Shown: piece by piece, positions 15,599 through 16,332 of the stretch
Position numbering within the stretch: position 1 is the first letter of the stretch
Layout: each line of letters starts with the position of its first letter
Assembly: GCA_964645535.1 (NCBI GenBank)
Contig: CAZYCQ010000020.1
Coordinates: forward strand, 1-16,332
Reading direction: 5' to 3'
DNA from: an uncultured archaeon
GTDB lineage: Archaea; Asgardarchaeota; Heimdallarchaeia; Heimdallarchaeales; Kariarchaeaceae
DNA: 16,332 bases
Notes under the pieces: generated by a model
Told to the model about the DNA's origin: nothing
What the model saw: the letters and a program-made list of their open reading frames with translations, nothing else
Databases searched by the model: none
Position numbers and translations under genes: made by a program

Positions 15599-16332
15599 AT
15601 GACAACGGAACAAACCTTGGAAGAGGTTCTTCGCTCCAACAATATCGACCCTGCAGATATTCTCTTTATTGTCAATTACATGAAGAAAGAAAAAATGAGC
15701 CCTCAACTTGCTATGCGCAGAATAAAGGCATTTGAAAAATTAAAGACAAAACTTGAAGAGAAAACAACAGCAGAGAAAATGAAAAATGAACATTTGGCAA
15801 AAGAACTTTCACAAAAAACAGCAGAGATAGAGCAACTTAAAGGAATGTTAGAAGATGCCAACAACAGGTTGGAGGAACTTGGTCAAGAAGTCCAACGATA
15901 CTCTGAAGAAAAAATTTCTCTTGAGACAAAATCTGAATTATTGGATAGTGAAGTGGAAGAACTTAGAACACAATTAATGATGATGGCTCAAGAAACCCAA
16001 AGTGGTTTGGGAGAAGAGTTTGATGAACTTCAAAATTCTGTTACAAGATCGGTTTCCTCGATTATCAACGGTCTTAAAATCTTAATGGCAGAACATGAAG
16101 AATTGATGGATTTCTTTCTCCCTCTTATTGATGAATTGTCATTAGCCCTTTCAGATCCTGAAAACTATCAATTTGATCCTGACGATTTCAAAGAGGCAAT
16201 ACAAGAGTTCATCGACATTCTTTCTGGAAATATGAAGAATGTTGCCTCTTCACCTATTCAGTCTAATCAGGTGTCTGCTATAAAGCCTGCTCCCGTCAGT
16301 CAACCCGAACCTGTGAGCACTCCGAAGCCTGC
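15599..16332 (+). CDS. Coiled-coil protein, partial (runs off the window; absent from the ORF track)
   Basis: Open frame from ATG 15599: MTTEQTLEEVLRSNNIDPADILF...KLKTKLEEK...EIEQLKGMLEDANNRLEELGQEVQ...KPAPVSQPEPVSTPKP, no stop before 16332. Confidence 0.85.
   Translation, partial: MTTEQTLEEVLRSNNIDPADILFIVNYMKKEKMSPQLAMRRIKAFEKLKTKLEEKTTAEKMKNEHLAKELSQKTAEIEQLKGMLEDANNRLEELGQEVQRYSEEKISLETKSELLDSEVEELRTQLMMMAQETQSGLGEEFDELQNSVTRSVSSIINGLKILMAEHEELMDFFLPLIDELSLALSDPENYQFDPDDFKEAIQEFIDILSGNMKNVASSPIQSNQVSAIKPAPVSQPEPVSTPKP

Noticed and set aside
190-15735. Numerous 60-130 aa ORFs antisense or out of frame to the main genes (e.g. 6493..6891, 9376..9681, 12038..12355, 15547..15735)
   Set aside because: Shadow ORFs of well-supported genes with no motifs.
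1-16332. tRNA, rRNA, transposase or integrase genes
   Set aside because: None recognisable by eye; a covariance-model scan was not possible.

Overview
AT-rich archaeal chromosomal window, most likely from an Asgard archaeon of the Heimdallarchaeia type. This is inferred from archaeal radA/mbf1/pyrH/trm56 occurring together with a eukaryote-like ubiquitin/E1 pair and eukaryote/Bacteroidota-like kynurenine-pathway genes. Left end (1-4433): accessory region with a dif-like 11-6-11 inverted repeat, degraded coding sequence, an orphan secreted protein, two adjacent interrupted genes (ArsR-wHTH/membrane protein with an in-frame TGA; Met/His-rich membrane-anchored protein with a frameshift) and a Pr6Pr/AIG1-like membrane protein. 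Centre (4497-10823): a GHL10-like TIM-barrel gene divergent from a co-oriented run of radA (duplicated N-terminal HhH domain), mbf1, pyrH, trm56, ubiquitin (GG plus YGNF propeptide), a UBA3-like E1 with C-terminal ubiquitin-fold domain, and an RHH/coiled-coil/wHTH protein preceded by ATCGAT repeats. Right end: solitary Nmad3 gene, kynureninase, SAMHD1-like HD protein, an ACMSD homologue lacking its substrate-binding arginines, and a coiled-coil ORF running off the window. All family calls are motif recognition from memory; no database searches were run.
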